Shown: positions 11,515-24,450, counted from the whole stretch's first letter. The stretch is DNA of 63,763 nt, filler included, from Octopus bimaculoides (GCF_001194135.2; 7 parts of 6 records of this genome joined end to end with filler, not necessarily neighbours in it); one strand, 5' to 3'. The notes: generated by a model from the sequence alone, not told the origin. Numbers and translations are program-made.

Positions 11515-12060
11515 GTAAGTTCAATAATATGCAGAAGTACTGTTTTCGCAAAACATATCTTCAGTTTATCCAATTATCTATACAAGTAAGCAATATTCAT
11601 ATTAGATATCTGAGGCGTTCATATCATTACATAACAGTTCATTACAATTGATTCTCAGTTTTATTTTTTGATATTATTTGCAACATGCTGAAGAAATTGA
11701 ACTTTTATGTATATCTCGTGTTTTTTTCCGTAGGGAAATCATGCACGTACACACATCATACACACAAACAATTTATATATATGTATATATATATATATAT
11801 ATATAATTTATAAATATTAGTAAGGAAATTAAACGAACTACGGCTTGATAATGAGATTCTACTTGCAACAGAAACCACCTGTTTCCCATTATGAAGTATA
11901 GAATAATTATATTTTATCCTTTAATTTAGAGTACAGAATGTGGTGCTCTTATAATTTTATGGCCCAAAGTTTACAAATGTATCTTACATATATATAATAT
12001 TTTCATTAATATCATCATAAGCAATTTCGTTTATAATCTTACAGCTGTTTCTTTCTGTAG

Positions 12061-12159
12061 GCAGTTTCATCCATTACAATTGCCTACGTCGTCAGAAAAC
12101 GCATCCAGAAATAATTGAAAAAGACTCTTTCTCACTCACTCTTTCAGAAACAGCAATTA
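12061..12159 (+). CDS. Candidate 99-nt exon (or 12-nt microexon 12148-12159)
   Basis: ctgtttctttctgtag acceptor, second strong acceptor ctctttctcactcactctttcag and TTA/gtaaga donor; open in phase 1 (GSFIHYNCLRRQKTHPEIIEKDSFSLTLSETAI). Confidence 0.28.
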
Positions 12160-12496
12160 GTAAGATGCTTAATTGTTAGAATGTAAGAAAGGAAAATACA
12201 ATGCACCCCCACTCAAATATCCAGCAATTGTACTTGGTCATATTGTTCAGAACCATAAACTTACATGGAAGTATTAAAATGACAGTTGCTCTTTTAACAG
12301 GTTTTAGTTCTCTTCAATAAATACCTTAATGTTTAATTTCTTCGGCAACTAAATATTATCTATTGAAATGAAATATTCCTTGAATAAATTTTCGAAATCG
12401 AGTGCTCTAGAATTGTATAGCTTCAATGTAGCCGTTCTTAAGTAGACATATGAACAAAAGCGTTCTCATAATCATGATTCCTCTTTTTACGATGTA

Positions 12497-12812
12497 CAGT
12501 ATTCCAACGCCATATCTCGGTTCACCTATCTCGGTTTACCTATCTCGGTTCACCTATCTCGGTTCGCCTATCTCGGTTCGCCTATCGCGGTTCACCTATC
12601 TCGGTTCACCTATCTCGGTTCACCTATCTCAGTTCGCCTATCGCGGTTCACCTATCGCGGTTTATTATTTAAACATACGTCGATTCCCCCGTGGTGTTGC
12701 TTTGTATTTATAATAAAATATATAAAAATTATAAAAATTAAAAAAATATACATAGTACTGTTTCTACTTCGCGGATTTTCACGTAACACACGCGATAGTC
12801 GAAGGATTATTG
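12497..12812. mobile_element. Tigger/pogo-like MITE with internal 14-bp tandem array
   Basis: Degenerate TIRs cagtattcc..gccatatctcgg / cgcgatagtcgaaggattattg; ~11 copies of cctatctcggttca at ~12513-12662. Confidence 0.6.
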
Positions 12813-13499
12813 TGTTTTATATGTTTTGATATATAGGATTACATTATTGTTTGAGTATTAATTATTGTTGGGAAGATATGAAATATAGATGGAAGTAAGA
12901 GAATGAAAGTAGAAGTGAATTACATAAGGATATTGTTTTTGCAGTTCCATTATTCAAGTAGAATGGTGTATATAAGTGGTGAAGAAGTTTCTTGTACTTG
13001 GTGTGTGAGTTCCATTGGTAGTTATATTTGGTCATTCCAAGTATGGAACGAAATGAGAGAGGGTGCGTTAGCTAGTGGTCAGGATAAAGTCATAGGAGGA
13101 AGGGAGAGGTGAGGGGGAGAGAGAGGGAGAGATGAGAGGGTAAAGAGTATAAGAGTGTGAGGTATGTGATTAGGGGGTGGTGCGACAGAGCTGCATTAAG
13201 GGATGGGTATAGAAAAGGTAGAGAGAAGGTATGGGTAGGGGGATATGTAAGTGGGTAGTAGTTTTGGTAGTAAAAAATTGAGGTGGAATGAATAATATAA
13301 GGAAGTCAAGTTACTATAAATAGATGCGTGATAGGTTGGTGATCAGTAGGAAAAGAAAGAATGTATATTTGTGAACATATATACTCACATACGTACCCAC
13401 ACACATATATATATAGACATATGCATACCTCAACAAATATACCACGCATACAAACTCAGGTATGTTCACGTGCATTCACACATATAAGCATTCATTCAT

Positions 13500-13622
13500 A
13501 TCTATTTTTGTATATATAGATTATATATAAATTGTATATATAAATCCTATATATATATATATATATAAATTGTATATATAAATCCTATATATATATATAT
13601 ATATAAATTGTATATATAAATC
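13500..13622. repeat. AT-rich minisatellite (tatataaattgtatatataaatcc plus (TA)n), about 3 copies
   Basis: Direct repeats visible in sequence, ending at a gap. Confidence 0.8.
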
Positions 13623-13722
13623 NNNNNNNNNNNNNNNNNNNNNNNNNNNNNNNNNNNNNNNNNNNNTTAATTAATTAANNNNNNNNNNNNNNNNNNNNNN
13701 NNNNNNNNNNNNNNNNNNNNNN

Positions 13723-14881
13723 GTTTGTTTGCTGAAGTGGAAGTGTTGTTGATGGTTGTTGATTATCTGCTTGTGGTGTAAGTGATGTGGGAGAAAGGGA
13801 ATTAGTTTTTGTATTGTCTTTTGCTTTTACAGTTTCCTTAGTTCTTGTAGTTGTTTGTGTTTTTTCGGGTACATTTGTTGGTGTAGGCGGGTTTGGTTTA
13901 TGGGATTCTTCTGTATTGCTCCTTTTGTTCGTTCTTTGTGTTGGTGGTGGTGTGGGTAGTAGGGGTCCTTTTTTGACAGTTTTTCCTTCTTGTTTTTTGT
14001 TATCTGTTGCTGTTGGGCAATCTTTTTTGAGGTGCCCTTCGGTGCCACACAGGTAGCATCGAGGCCTTCTACCTTCTACCACAACGTAGAGGGTGTGGCC
14101 GTCTGGCAGCTCAATTTGAGTTGGAATTTCTTTTGATTCTTCCTGTGTAATCTGTAACAGGACATCGATTTTTTTTCCATTCCAGTCTTCTTGCTTTAAC
14201 GCAGTAGTTTCTAGAATGTTTATATTTCCTTCCATGTTATAACAAATCGCTGATAACAGCCATTGTGGTTCCACTTCTGGAGGGACATTGTTATCGCTAC
14301 TTTGGTTACCCTTTGTCCGAGGTACGTGGGCACCAATATTATATTTTCGGAACGAAGAGTCAGCGTGGCTAACTCTTTCGCTTTCTCTTCGCTGTCAAAT
14401 CTAACTTGCACGCTGGCGAAACTGTTTGACCAGTTTATGTATTTCTTGTGGGCCAATATAGGATACAAACATTGTTCAATAATTTCTGTTGCTGGTTGCT
14501 CTGGTTTTCTTGTTTTTGTGTTCAAAATTTTGTATGTGATAGTTTGTTTTTGTACATCATGAATGATTTTTTGAGGTATTTTTAATTTTAGTTTTGGTCC
14601 TTGCTGGTTTAATAGTCTTTTTGTTTCTTGAATTTCTTTTGTTGTGAAGTGCAAAATTGTTTTTTTTTTGTCTGAGTGCATCAGCAAAGTTTGTTCTTTT
14701 GTTTGTTGTCGTCGCTGGTGGTGGTGGTGTCGGTAGCTGTGGAGACTGCTGTAGTAGCAGAGACTTTGGTTGTGGTTGGTTTTGATGCACTGTTGTTGTT
14801 GTTGTTGTTGTTGTTGCTGCTGCTGCTGCTGTTGCCGGTGGTGATCGTAGCAGACATAGCTTTCATATTGGTGGTGGTGGT
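13723..14881 (-). pseudogene. Non-LTR retrotransposon ORF1 (gag-like, L1/Tx1-type) with CCHC zinc knuckle, frameshifted
   Basis: RRM-like VQVRFDSEEKAKELA and PTYLGQRVTKV segments, then VVVEGRRPRCYLCGTEGHLKKDCP (CX2CX4HX4C) and a P/T/K-rich tail; bounded by gaps. Confidence 0.8.
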
Positions 14882-14923
14882 GNNNNNNNNNNGCAGCCGA
14901 TGTGACAGCACGTCCGTCAGAAG

Positions 14924-14973
<50 letters not shown>

Positions 14974-15036
14974 ATGTAGGGTTAAACAAGTTAGACAAAT
15001 CAATATATAAATATATCAGATACAAATATAGAAATG

Positions 15037-15466
15037 TATATATGTCTACATATGAAAAGGTCCGACTTACACATAATAGAAATGAGATTGAGAATTAAAG
15101 TGATTGAGGAAAAGTATTACAAATCCAACACCTGTTTCTGCAGGCTCTGTGATCCATAATAATGTTTGTGGATTGATTTCATCATAAGATGAGACGAGCC
15201 TCTGTCTTCAGGGAAGAGATCTTACATTTGAGATGTTAAAGGAAAGCAGTTCGGACTTCTTTCCTTTAACATCTCAGATGTAAGGTTTCTTCCCTGAATA
15301 CGGAGGCTCGTCTCGTCCTATGATGGAATCAATCCACAAACATTATTATGGATCACGGAGCCTGCAGAAACAGCTGTTGGATTTGTACGACTTTTACTCA
15401 ATCCCTTTAATTCTCAATCTCATTTCTATTATGTAAGTCGGACATTTTCATATGTAGACATATATA
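15037..15466. repeat. ~430-bp imperfect palindrome (loop ~4 nt) carrying opposed hammerhead-like motifs
   Basis: 15037-15250 is the reverse complement of 15255-15466 with scattered mismatches; CTGAA(G/T)A ... GAAA-CAG(C/G)TG-TT-GGA in each arm. Confidence 0.85.
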
Positions 15467-15614
15467 ATTTTTGTACTTCATGTATTTACTATACCTTATA
15501 TATCGATCTATCTAACATGCTTATTCCTACGTTTACTTCTATACCCGCTAAAGTTTAAATTTCTTGAGAACAAAGAAGTGTATTCTATACGGGGAATATC
15601 TGATCTCATCTATG

Positions 15615-15649
<35 letters not shown>

Positions 15650-16008
15650 AATAATAAATGAGTATATGCATATATACGTACATGTATGTACACACCTACA
15701 TCTACATGTATATATAGATGCATATCTGGGTACAGGTCGTTGCAAAAAAACGAGGACAAAATGATAAACAGAGTACAGAAAACACACAGGCCACATAGAG
15801 AACATTTCCTTCATAAGCTGCCACCATTCTAAAACTAAGCGTTTCGAAGAGTTAGGGATGGACGCATCGTTAGAATGGCTCTTCCCACGGAACACAAATT
15901 AAATTTGTACCATGGAGGAAAGTAGTGGCGGACAGAATGTTTGTGTGTGCTTGGCGAGGCCAAGATATGAAAAGAATTAGGCGCTGGACACATGTGACCA
16001 GAAAAGAG

Positions 16009-16057
<49 letters not shown>

Positions 16058-17162
16058 TAGACAGACAGATAGATAGACAGACAGACAGACAGACACGCAC
16101 GCACACANNNNNNNNNNNNNNNNNNNNNNNNNNNNNNNNNNNNNNNNNNNNNNNNNNNNNNNNNNNNNNNNNNNNNNNNNNNNNNNNNNNNNNNNNNNNN
16201 NNNNNNNNNNNNNNNNNNNNNNNNNNNNNNNNNNNNNNNNNNNNNNNNNNNNNNNNNNNNNNNNNNNNNNNNNNNNNNNNNNNNNNNNNNNNNNNNNNNN
16301 NNNNNNNNNNNNNNNNNNNNNNNNNNNNNNNNNNNNNNNNNNNNNNNNNNNNNNNNNNNNNNNNNNNNNNNNNNNNNNNNNNNNNNNNNNNNNNNNNNNN
16401 NNNNNNNNNNNNNNNNNNNNNNNNNNNNNNNNNNNNNNNNNNNNNNNNNNNNNNNNNNNNNNNNNNNNNNNNNNNNNNNNNNNNNNNNNNNNNNNNNNNN
16501 NNNNNNNNNNNNNNNNNNNNNNNNNNNNNNNNNNNNNNNNNNNNNNNNNNNNNNNNNNNNNNNNNNNNNTATATATATATATATATATATATCATGTATT
16601 ATACATCATAGTGTATTTTATCTATAGATATGTGTGCGTGTATGTTTGCGTGTACGTGTGTTTATGTGTATGTGTGTGAGTGTTCCTTAGTGCGCACGCG
16701 TATGTGCGTGTGTGTGTGTGTGTGTGTGTGCGTGCGTGCGCGTGCGTGCGCGCGTACGTTAAAACAAATCAACAACAACCTTTCCAACGTCGTACGTGGC
16801 ATCTTTTAGAACCATGTGATTTCTCAACACACTTGAATATGTAGATAGATAGACAGATAAATAAATAGCTAGATAAGGATAGAGACGGTGTTAAAGGAAG
16901 ATGAATTTCAACTACAGAGAATAAGTGTCTGAAGTGTGTATATGAAGGAGCGAGGAGTATGTTGAAACATTCTTAACGAATGGGAGAACGAAAAAGAAGG
17001 AGAAAAAAGGAAGAAAGAATAAGAGATAAAAGAATAAGGGTAAAAGAGTGTGAGTGGTAACAAGAAAAGGTCAAACCTGATAGCGGAAATAAGAGAGAGA
17101 GAGCACGTGCATGAGAGAAAGAGGGAGAGAGCGAGATAGTTAGATAAATAGATAAATAGATA

Positions 17163-17216
<54 letters not shown>

Positions 17217-17660
17217 NNNNNNNNNNNNNNNNNNNNNNNNNNNNNNNNNNNNNNNNNNNNNNNNNNNNNNNNNNNNNNNNNNNNNNNNNNNNNNNNNNNN
17301 NNNNNNNNNNNNNNNNNNNNNNNNNNNNNNNNNNNNNNNNNNNNNNNNNNNNNNNNNNNNNNNNNNNNNNNNNNNNNNNNNNNNNNNNNNNNNNNNNNNN
17401 NNNNNNNNNNNNNNNNNNNNNNNNNNNNNNNNNNNNNNNNNNNNNNNNNNNNNNNNNNNNNNNNNNNNNNNNNNNNNNNNNNNNNNNNNNNNNNNNNNNN
17501 NNNNNNNNNNNNNNNNNNNNNNNNNNNNNNNNNNNNNNNNNNNNNNNNNNNNNNNNNNNNNNNNNNNNNNNNNNNNNNNNNNNNNNNNNNNNNNNNNNNN
17601 NNNNNNNNNNNNNNNNNNNNNNNNNNNNNNNNNNNNNNNNNNNNNNNNNNNNNNNTACAT

Positions 17661-17819
17661 ACAGGCGTCTGAGTGGCTGTGTGGTAAGTAGCTTGCTTAC
17701 CAACCACATAGTTCCGGGTTCAGTCTCACTGCGTGGCACCTTGAGCAAGTGTCTTCTACTATAAGCCTTGTAAAGTGGATTTGTTAGACGGAAACTGAAA
17801 GAAGCCCGTCGTATATATG

Positions 17820-17861
<42 letters not shown>

Positions 17862-18162
17862 TGTGTGTGTCTGTGTTTTCCCCCAACATCGCTTGACAAC
17901 CGATGCTGGTGTGTTTACGTCTCTGTAACTTAGCAGTTCGGCAAAAGGGAGCGATAGAATAANNNNNNNNNNACATCGCTTGACAACCGATGCTGGTGTG
18001 TTTACGTCTCTGTAACTTAGCAGTTCGGCAAAAGGGAGCGATAGAATAAGTACTAGGCTTACAAAGAATAAGTCCTAGGGATAGATTTGCTCGACTAAAG
18101 GTGGTGCTCCAGCATGGCCACAGTCAAATGACTGAACCAAGTAAAAGAATAAAAGAATAAAA
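17661..18162 (+). mobile_element. tRNA-head SINE, family B, near full length
   Basis: gagtggctgtgtggtaag A-box, gttccgggttcagtc B-box, ggcaccttgagcaagtg CORE-like segment, internal (TA)(TG) tract and (aagaata) tail. Confidence 0.9.
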
Positions 18163-18421
18163 TAATATATATGTATTTATGTGTATACATATGCACATTT
18201 CAATATATATATGCGCGGCTGTGCATATTTATGTGTGTATGTATATGTTTGCGCGTGTGCATGTGCGTGCGTGTGTATGTGTATATATGTATGTTTGTGT
18301 ATCTATGAATGTATACATACATGCACACATACACCTGATTGTGTCTGCGTGTGAGTAGATGGAGGGAGAGACGGTTGGATAGATGAATGAATGGATGGAT
18401 GATGTGCGTGTCTGTGTGTGT

Positions 18422-18457
<36 letters not shown>

Positions 18458-19132
18458 TGTGTGTGTGTATGTGTGTGTTTGTGTGCGTGTCTGTGTGAGA
18501 GTGAGATTGGTGGATGGTAAGAAAGAATAATGTGTGATCAATGTAAAAAAAGTGAAAAACGAATGAACGATGGAGACATAAACTGAACGCGACTGTGTGA
18601 TGTAGAATAATTTGAGGATACGTGAAATGTCCTAACTAGATGGGAATGAATAAAGAGTAATTCTTGAATTATCTAGAGATTATTCGTACTGATATGATTG
18701 CCTCTTGATAATCAATGAATTAAATAACACGTGAATATAATGTCACCTTCAGAGTGGTGACAGATATAAAAGATCGACGTTGACTGCTCGATTTATTTAT
18801 TTCCATGTTTTACGTTTTAGCTGTTTCAGTCATTGTATTGAGACCATGCTGGAGTATCACTTTCAAAGATTTTTAGTCGAACAAATCAATTGCTGCAAAA
18901 TTTGCTGAACCGCAAAGTTATGGAGACATAAAGTAAACAACGCCAGTTCTCATGCGATGGGGTGGAATGGGACACACACATACACACATACACGCACGCG
19001 CATGCACGTACGCAGATACATGTACACACATACACGCGCAAACATGCATACGAACAAGCGCACACATACATACAGACATACATGCATGCATGCATACATA
19101 CATACATACATACATACATATACATACATACA

Positions 19133-19184
<52 letters not shown>

Positions 19185-19222
19185 GGTGAAAAAGTTGGTA
19201 TGTGAAAGCACGTGGTTGGATG

Positions 19223-19396
19223 TATAAAAGATAATAAGAGTGAAAAGACTACAGAAGGCTTGTGTTACATGGTTAAAGTATATATTTAAATTATGTCAGA
19301 AAAATGTTATAAAATTTTTCTGACATAATTTAAATACACACTTTAACCATGTAACACAAGCCTTCTGTAGTTTTTTCACTCTTATTATCTTTTATA
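19223..19396. repeat. ~170-bp near-perfect palindrome immediately 5' of the PLE
   Basis: tataaaagataataagagtgaaa... and ...tttcactcttattatcttttata arms with ~8-nt loop. Confidence 0.85.
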
Positions 19397-19448
19397 TATA
19401 TATATATATANNNNNNNNNNNNNNNNNNNNNNNNNNNNNNNNNNNNNN

Positions 19449-20776
19449 AAGCGATCCCCTTCTGGCTAGAAAAATACCCAGAAGAGATCCCAGGACGTAT
19501 CAAATACAGATTCATAATCGCAGCACGCAAATTCATCCAACTGAGCAACTATTTCATGTTCGACACAGTTTACTATCGACAAAAATGTGGAATTGCAATG
19601 GGAACTCGAGCTGCTCCAGTGATTGCGAGCCTTTTTATGGGTTACTTAGAGCTTAAAATATATGAATCATCACTACAAAAATATGGCACCTCTTTTCATT
19701 GCTGGAAGAGGTATTTGAACGATTGCTTTATACTTTGGAAAGACACCATGGACAAACTCCTCGATTTCAAAATAATGCTTAACAATATTAATAGCAACAT
19801 ACAATTCACCAGTACACAACACAGCACTAAACAACTCCCATTTCTTGACATCCTAATTAAAATAGTCAATAACAACATAGAAACAGACATCTTCTATAAA
19901 CCCACAAATTCAAAACAATACCTATTATTCAACTCATGCCACCCCAAACACTTAAAAATTAATATACCTTATAATCTAGTGAAAAGAATCTGTACCATAG
20001 TTTCAGACACCTATATTCGTGAACAAAGACTCCTTGAACTCAGATCAATACTAATCAAAAGTCATTACCCAATATCATTAATAAATGATAGAATTAAACG
20101 AGCTAAAGAAATAGATATACGAACATTAAGGAAAGCAACCGAAATACTAAACCAGACTTAAAAATACTCTCATACATCTCCACACGCTACCATAGAAACA
20201 ACGAAGCCTTTAACATTATCATCCAAAATCTACCCATCCTCACAAGAGATAAAACAATGAACAAAATTTTAGGCTCACACAAAATTATCAAAAGCAAACT
20301 GCAAGCTAAATCATTGAAAAAAATATTAACCAGCGAAAGACTATATCCATTAACAGCAGAACCAGAAGTGAAAAAAATGTGGTCGAACTAATTGTGGTAC
20401 TTGCCCCCACCTTTTGGAGGGTTCAGAGTTCCACTTTAAACAAGGTGAAATATTTAAGATTAAATCAAATTTCACATGTGCCTCGGAAAATCTAATCTAT
20501 GTCATTACACGCTTAGGGTGTGGTAATAATCATATTGGCCAAACAGGAATATCACTCCGTCGAAGAACCACTCTCCACAAAGAGCAAATCCGCCACCCAC
20601 AATACAGACAGATACAGGTCAGTGGATACATAGAAAGGTGTGCGAGGAACCTTAATCCTAATTTCCTAATTTTTCCCTTCTATCAATGTTCACAGAACAC
20701 CTCAATGCAAGAAAGAATGAATAAAGAGGTAACTTTCATCAATAAATATCTTCCACAACTAAATATGAACACATAA
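19449..20776 (+). pseudogene. PLE reverse transcriptase / GIY-YIG endonuclease pseudogene
   Basis: ORFs 19556-20161 and 20414-20776; catalytic YLDD changed to YLND, YIG changed to HIG; stops and frameshifts. Confidence 0.9.
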
Positions 20777-20960
20777 CATAATACAGAACACTACTAACCT
20801 TTCAATTAATACCACTAACCCCCATACATCCCATATACCATTCTCATTACAGAGCTATATCTACCCTAATTGCACCAAATCCAGAACTACTTACCTCTCT
20901 TACACATAATCTTTTTACTCAGGGACTAGGAGACCTGACACCGTTCAGTAATCATTGTGC

Positions 20961-21008
20961 ATTCAAAGCAATGATTAGTAACATTACGAAACCGGTATGC
21001 TTTTGAAT
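20961..21008 (+). ncRNA. Degenerate hammerhead in PLE 3' repeat
   Basis: attcaaagca-ATGATTA-gtaa/ca/ttac-GAAA-CCGG-TA-tgcttttgaat; all stems kept, two core substitutions relative to CTGATGA. Confidence 0.7.
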
Positions 21009-21319
21009 CTCTTTAACAATTCACAATAATGAATTTTATTACTTTTATTCCTACCTCAGTTCATCTAATTGTATATATCTATCGTTACTTTTCATAAAAC
21101 GCCTTTAATTTTTTTTATTTCCAATGTGCATTTTCGCTTATTTTTCTTTTTACTTTCCCCCTACATTTTCACTTGTAGTTTTTATTTTGTTTTTGTANNN
21201 NNNNNNNNNNNNNNNNNNNNNNNNNNNNNNNNNNNNNNNNNNNNNNNNNNNNNNNNNNNNNNNNNNNNNNNNNNNNNNNNNNNNNNNNNNNNNNNNNNNN
21301 NNNNNNTATATATATATTA

Positions 21320-21700
21320 TTTTTTACTTGTTTCAGTCATTAGATTGCGTCCATGCCCGCTACCGCCTTGAAAGATTTTACTAGAACGAACTGACCACAG
21401 TTCTTTTTTTTTAAGCTAGGCACTTGTTCTATCGATCATTTTTGTTGTCGAACCGCTATGCTGTGAAGATATAAACATACCAGCACTTGTTGCAAAGCAT
21501 GCCGGTAGGGGAGAGATAAACAGAAACAAAGATACAGCAACACACACACACACACGACGGGCTTCTTTCGGTTTCCGCCTATCAAATCAACTTTGTTCAG
21601 CCGGCAGCTGTACTAGAAGACACTCCGAAGGTGCCATGCAGTGGGAATGAACCTGGAACCATGCGGTTGGGAAGAAAACTTCTTACCACACAGCCAGGAT
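21320..21700 (-). mobile_element. tRNA-head SINE, family B (degenerate)
   Basis: Reverse complement of the family B tail (ttacttgtttcagtcatt), body (acgacgggcttctttcggtttccg) and head (cttcttaccacacagcc). Confidence 0.8.
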
Positions 21701-21904
21701 ACGCGACAGGCTTCCACGCAATTTCTGTCTACCAAATTTGCTCAAAAGACATTGGACGACCCGATATTATAGTAGAAGTCATTCGCTCCATGTGCCGTGC
21801 TCTGAGACTTAACTCGAAACCATGTGGACGCTAAGCGAGCCTCTTAACCACATAACCTTACCTGTGCCTAGTATTACTTTCTTCATTTATGCTTTTTCTT
21901 TTAT

Positions 21905-22395
21905 GTCTGTGCCGATGATGTCTGGTTAGACTGACTTTTACGGAGTCTAGAGAAATCACACATAATTGTCGATAGAAACCTTGTCTGGAGTTGAAAAAGT
22001 TTTGCTGTAACCGTTTATCTTCTTATCTTCTTCAGCGATGTTTTGCAAAAGTGCTCTGCACCACTCTTGGTGATATGATGCTGTGCTGTTATATGTTCTA
22101 GATGTTGTTCCCAGTATGAAGAGTCAATGGTTGGGTTTTTCATCGTCTTATTAAGTTGATCTTCCATGCATCGCATGGGATTCTGGAGTCATCTCTTGCT
22201 AGAACTGAGTTCTCGCGATAAAAAGATTTGGTATGGCAGTCTAGTTTTCTTCGTGGGGTGGATAAGACTTACCCAGCTAAGGCAGTGTTTATGAGGACAG
22301 CTTCAATGTTGCTGGCGTTCGCCCGCTCAAGGAAATAGCCGTCCCATTTAATGTTCATAACTGTTCGCTGTTTTTGTTGATGGGATCGTTCTATT
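21905..22395 (-). pseudogene. RTE (BovB-like) LINE 3' fragment
   Basis: Decayed MNIKW...LERANASNIEAVLI.T.L.W and downstream RTE C-terminal-like segments with stops. Confidence 0.65.
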
Positions 22396-23124
22396 TATAA
22401 GTATATTAATGTAAGGCAAATAGGATGCATCTCTCATCTCTCGCACTAAAACGAAGACATTTGAAATATAACCCCAATGTAATTGGTAGAAGTATATACA
22501 TGTTTAATTTTATGCGGACGTCTCGTGTATAGTTCTGCATTTTATATTGAAAAGAACGATCGCACTGATGAGCTACGACGTAAGTAATTTTCGTTAATAG
22601 CGAAACCGGTCTACGATTAATACTTTATATTTTCTACGTAAAGTGTTAGAAAACACAGAAGTGTCAGTAGCAGCGAAAAGCGCTGGAGTGGCTAATTCTA
22701 TATATGTCCCATGCATATTTGAGGTGGTAATAAGTTTGTGCATATGTGGGGGTAGGTAGGTAGGTAGTAATAACAAAAATAACTTGCGGGTGGAAATTCA
22801 TAGGCCTATTAATGCATCACAAGATACGTTTCTGCACCCTACATTTTCATTAGTCAGGTATTTTTCATACGTTTATGTTTCTGAAACATAAATGTATCAC
22901 CTAAAGAAGCATCCACTTTGTAATGGGGTCAAACATTTCAGATTCATAGCTATTGCGAGAATAATCTTAAATAACATCTTATGAATATGAAATATTCCTA
23001 ACTTATGAAAATGTGGGATACAGAACCTTATGTTGTGGTGCATTAATAAAGCCATTGAATTATCATATTTATCCTAAGCTGAAAGAAGATCAACTTGTAT
23101 AATTATTCCATCGGATTACACTGA

Positions 23125-23225
23125 GAGACGAGACTGAGAGATGAGACAGGTGACTGAGATGAGACAGGTGACTGAGATGAGACAGGTGACTGAGATGAGA
23201 CAGGTGACTGAGAGATGAGACTGAC
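23125..23225. repeat. 18-bp minisatellite (gagatgagacaggtgact), about 4-5 copies
   Basis: Direct repeats visible. Confidence 0.9.
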
Positions 23226-23354
23226 AACGAGAAGCATGAGAACTTTTAAGGGCGAATTCTGAAATTTTGGCTCAGAACAAATTAAACAGACATGTGCGTG
23301 TGTGTGTGTGTGTATGTGTATGTGTGTGTACGTATATGTATGTGTGCATATATG

Positions 23355-23387
<33 letters not shown>

Positions 23388-24239
23388 ATGTGTGTGTGTG
23401 ATTATGTGTGTGTAAACTTTCGTTTGTCCACTCTCTCTCTCACACACATACTTACACACACACACACGCACACACGCACACACACATATATATCGTTTGC
23501 TATTATGTGAAACTGTCGTATGTCCAAATTTGGCCAAATGCGTCTTTTATTCACTACTTAATTTTGCTTGCAATGTCCGGTTATTTTGGTCAAACTATCG
23601 TATCTCCAGCTGCCTCAGATGCCAAGCTATCAAACATTTTCAAAATGTAGTACAAAAGTTTTGCAATAGAATAGTGAAACTATTTTGTCGTTTTCTGAAA
23701 AAGCAACGTTTTGGACTAACGACACTTTTGCATAGTGGCAACGATATATACTATTTATTTCTCTTTTATAAGATTATGCTAGCCAGGTAATCAACTATCC
23801 CCGTGATCTTGTGCTTAAATTACGAATAGTTGACAGGAATATAACGGAGACTTCTTTAACACGAGAGCTGAATTTTATAATAACATTATAAAGCTGTTCA
23901 TATATTTTATTCAAAAGAACATATCTCAGCTGTTTCAACTATGCGCTCTATGAAATTATATCGCGCATTTTATATGCATTTACGTTTTGAGAATGACCAG
24001 CAACATGTAAACTTGTGATGTCTTGAAAGTATCATCGATTACAATTAATAAAATAATCGAACATAACAGATCTAATATAGAACTCTTACATAGAACTATT
24101 GATCCTAACAACATCCACTTATTTTACACATTATCTCCTTATAGATTATTTAATCACAATTTTTATCTTTACCAGTCACGTCTCTGCTAATAACAATACA
24201 AATATTCCCTCTATTACTGACATCACTCTATCTAAAACC

Positions 24240-24450
<211 letters not shown>

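Larger units (their letters stand above)
19449..21197 (+). mobile_element. Penelope-like element (5' end in gap), decayed ORF plus 3' terminal repeat
   Basis: RT motifs QKCGIAMGTRAAP and WKRYLNDCF, LPFLDILI, DIFYKPTNSKQYL; GIY-YIG domain NLIYVIT..CGNNHIGQTG; 3' region with hammerhead relic. Confidence 0.92.

Noticed and set aside
12830-13370. Purine-rich stretch resembling a retroelement tail (similar at 3960-4260 and 44550-44910)
   Set aside because: Composition is suggestive, but no protein motif or terminal structure could be assigned.
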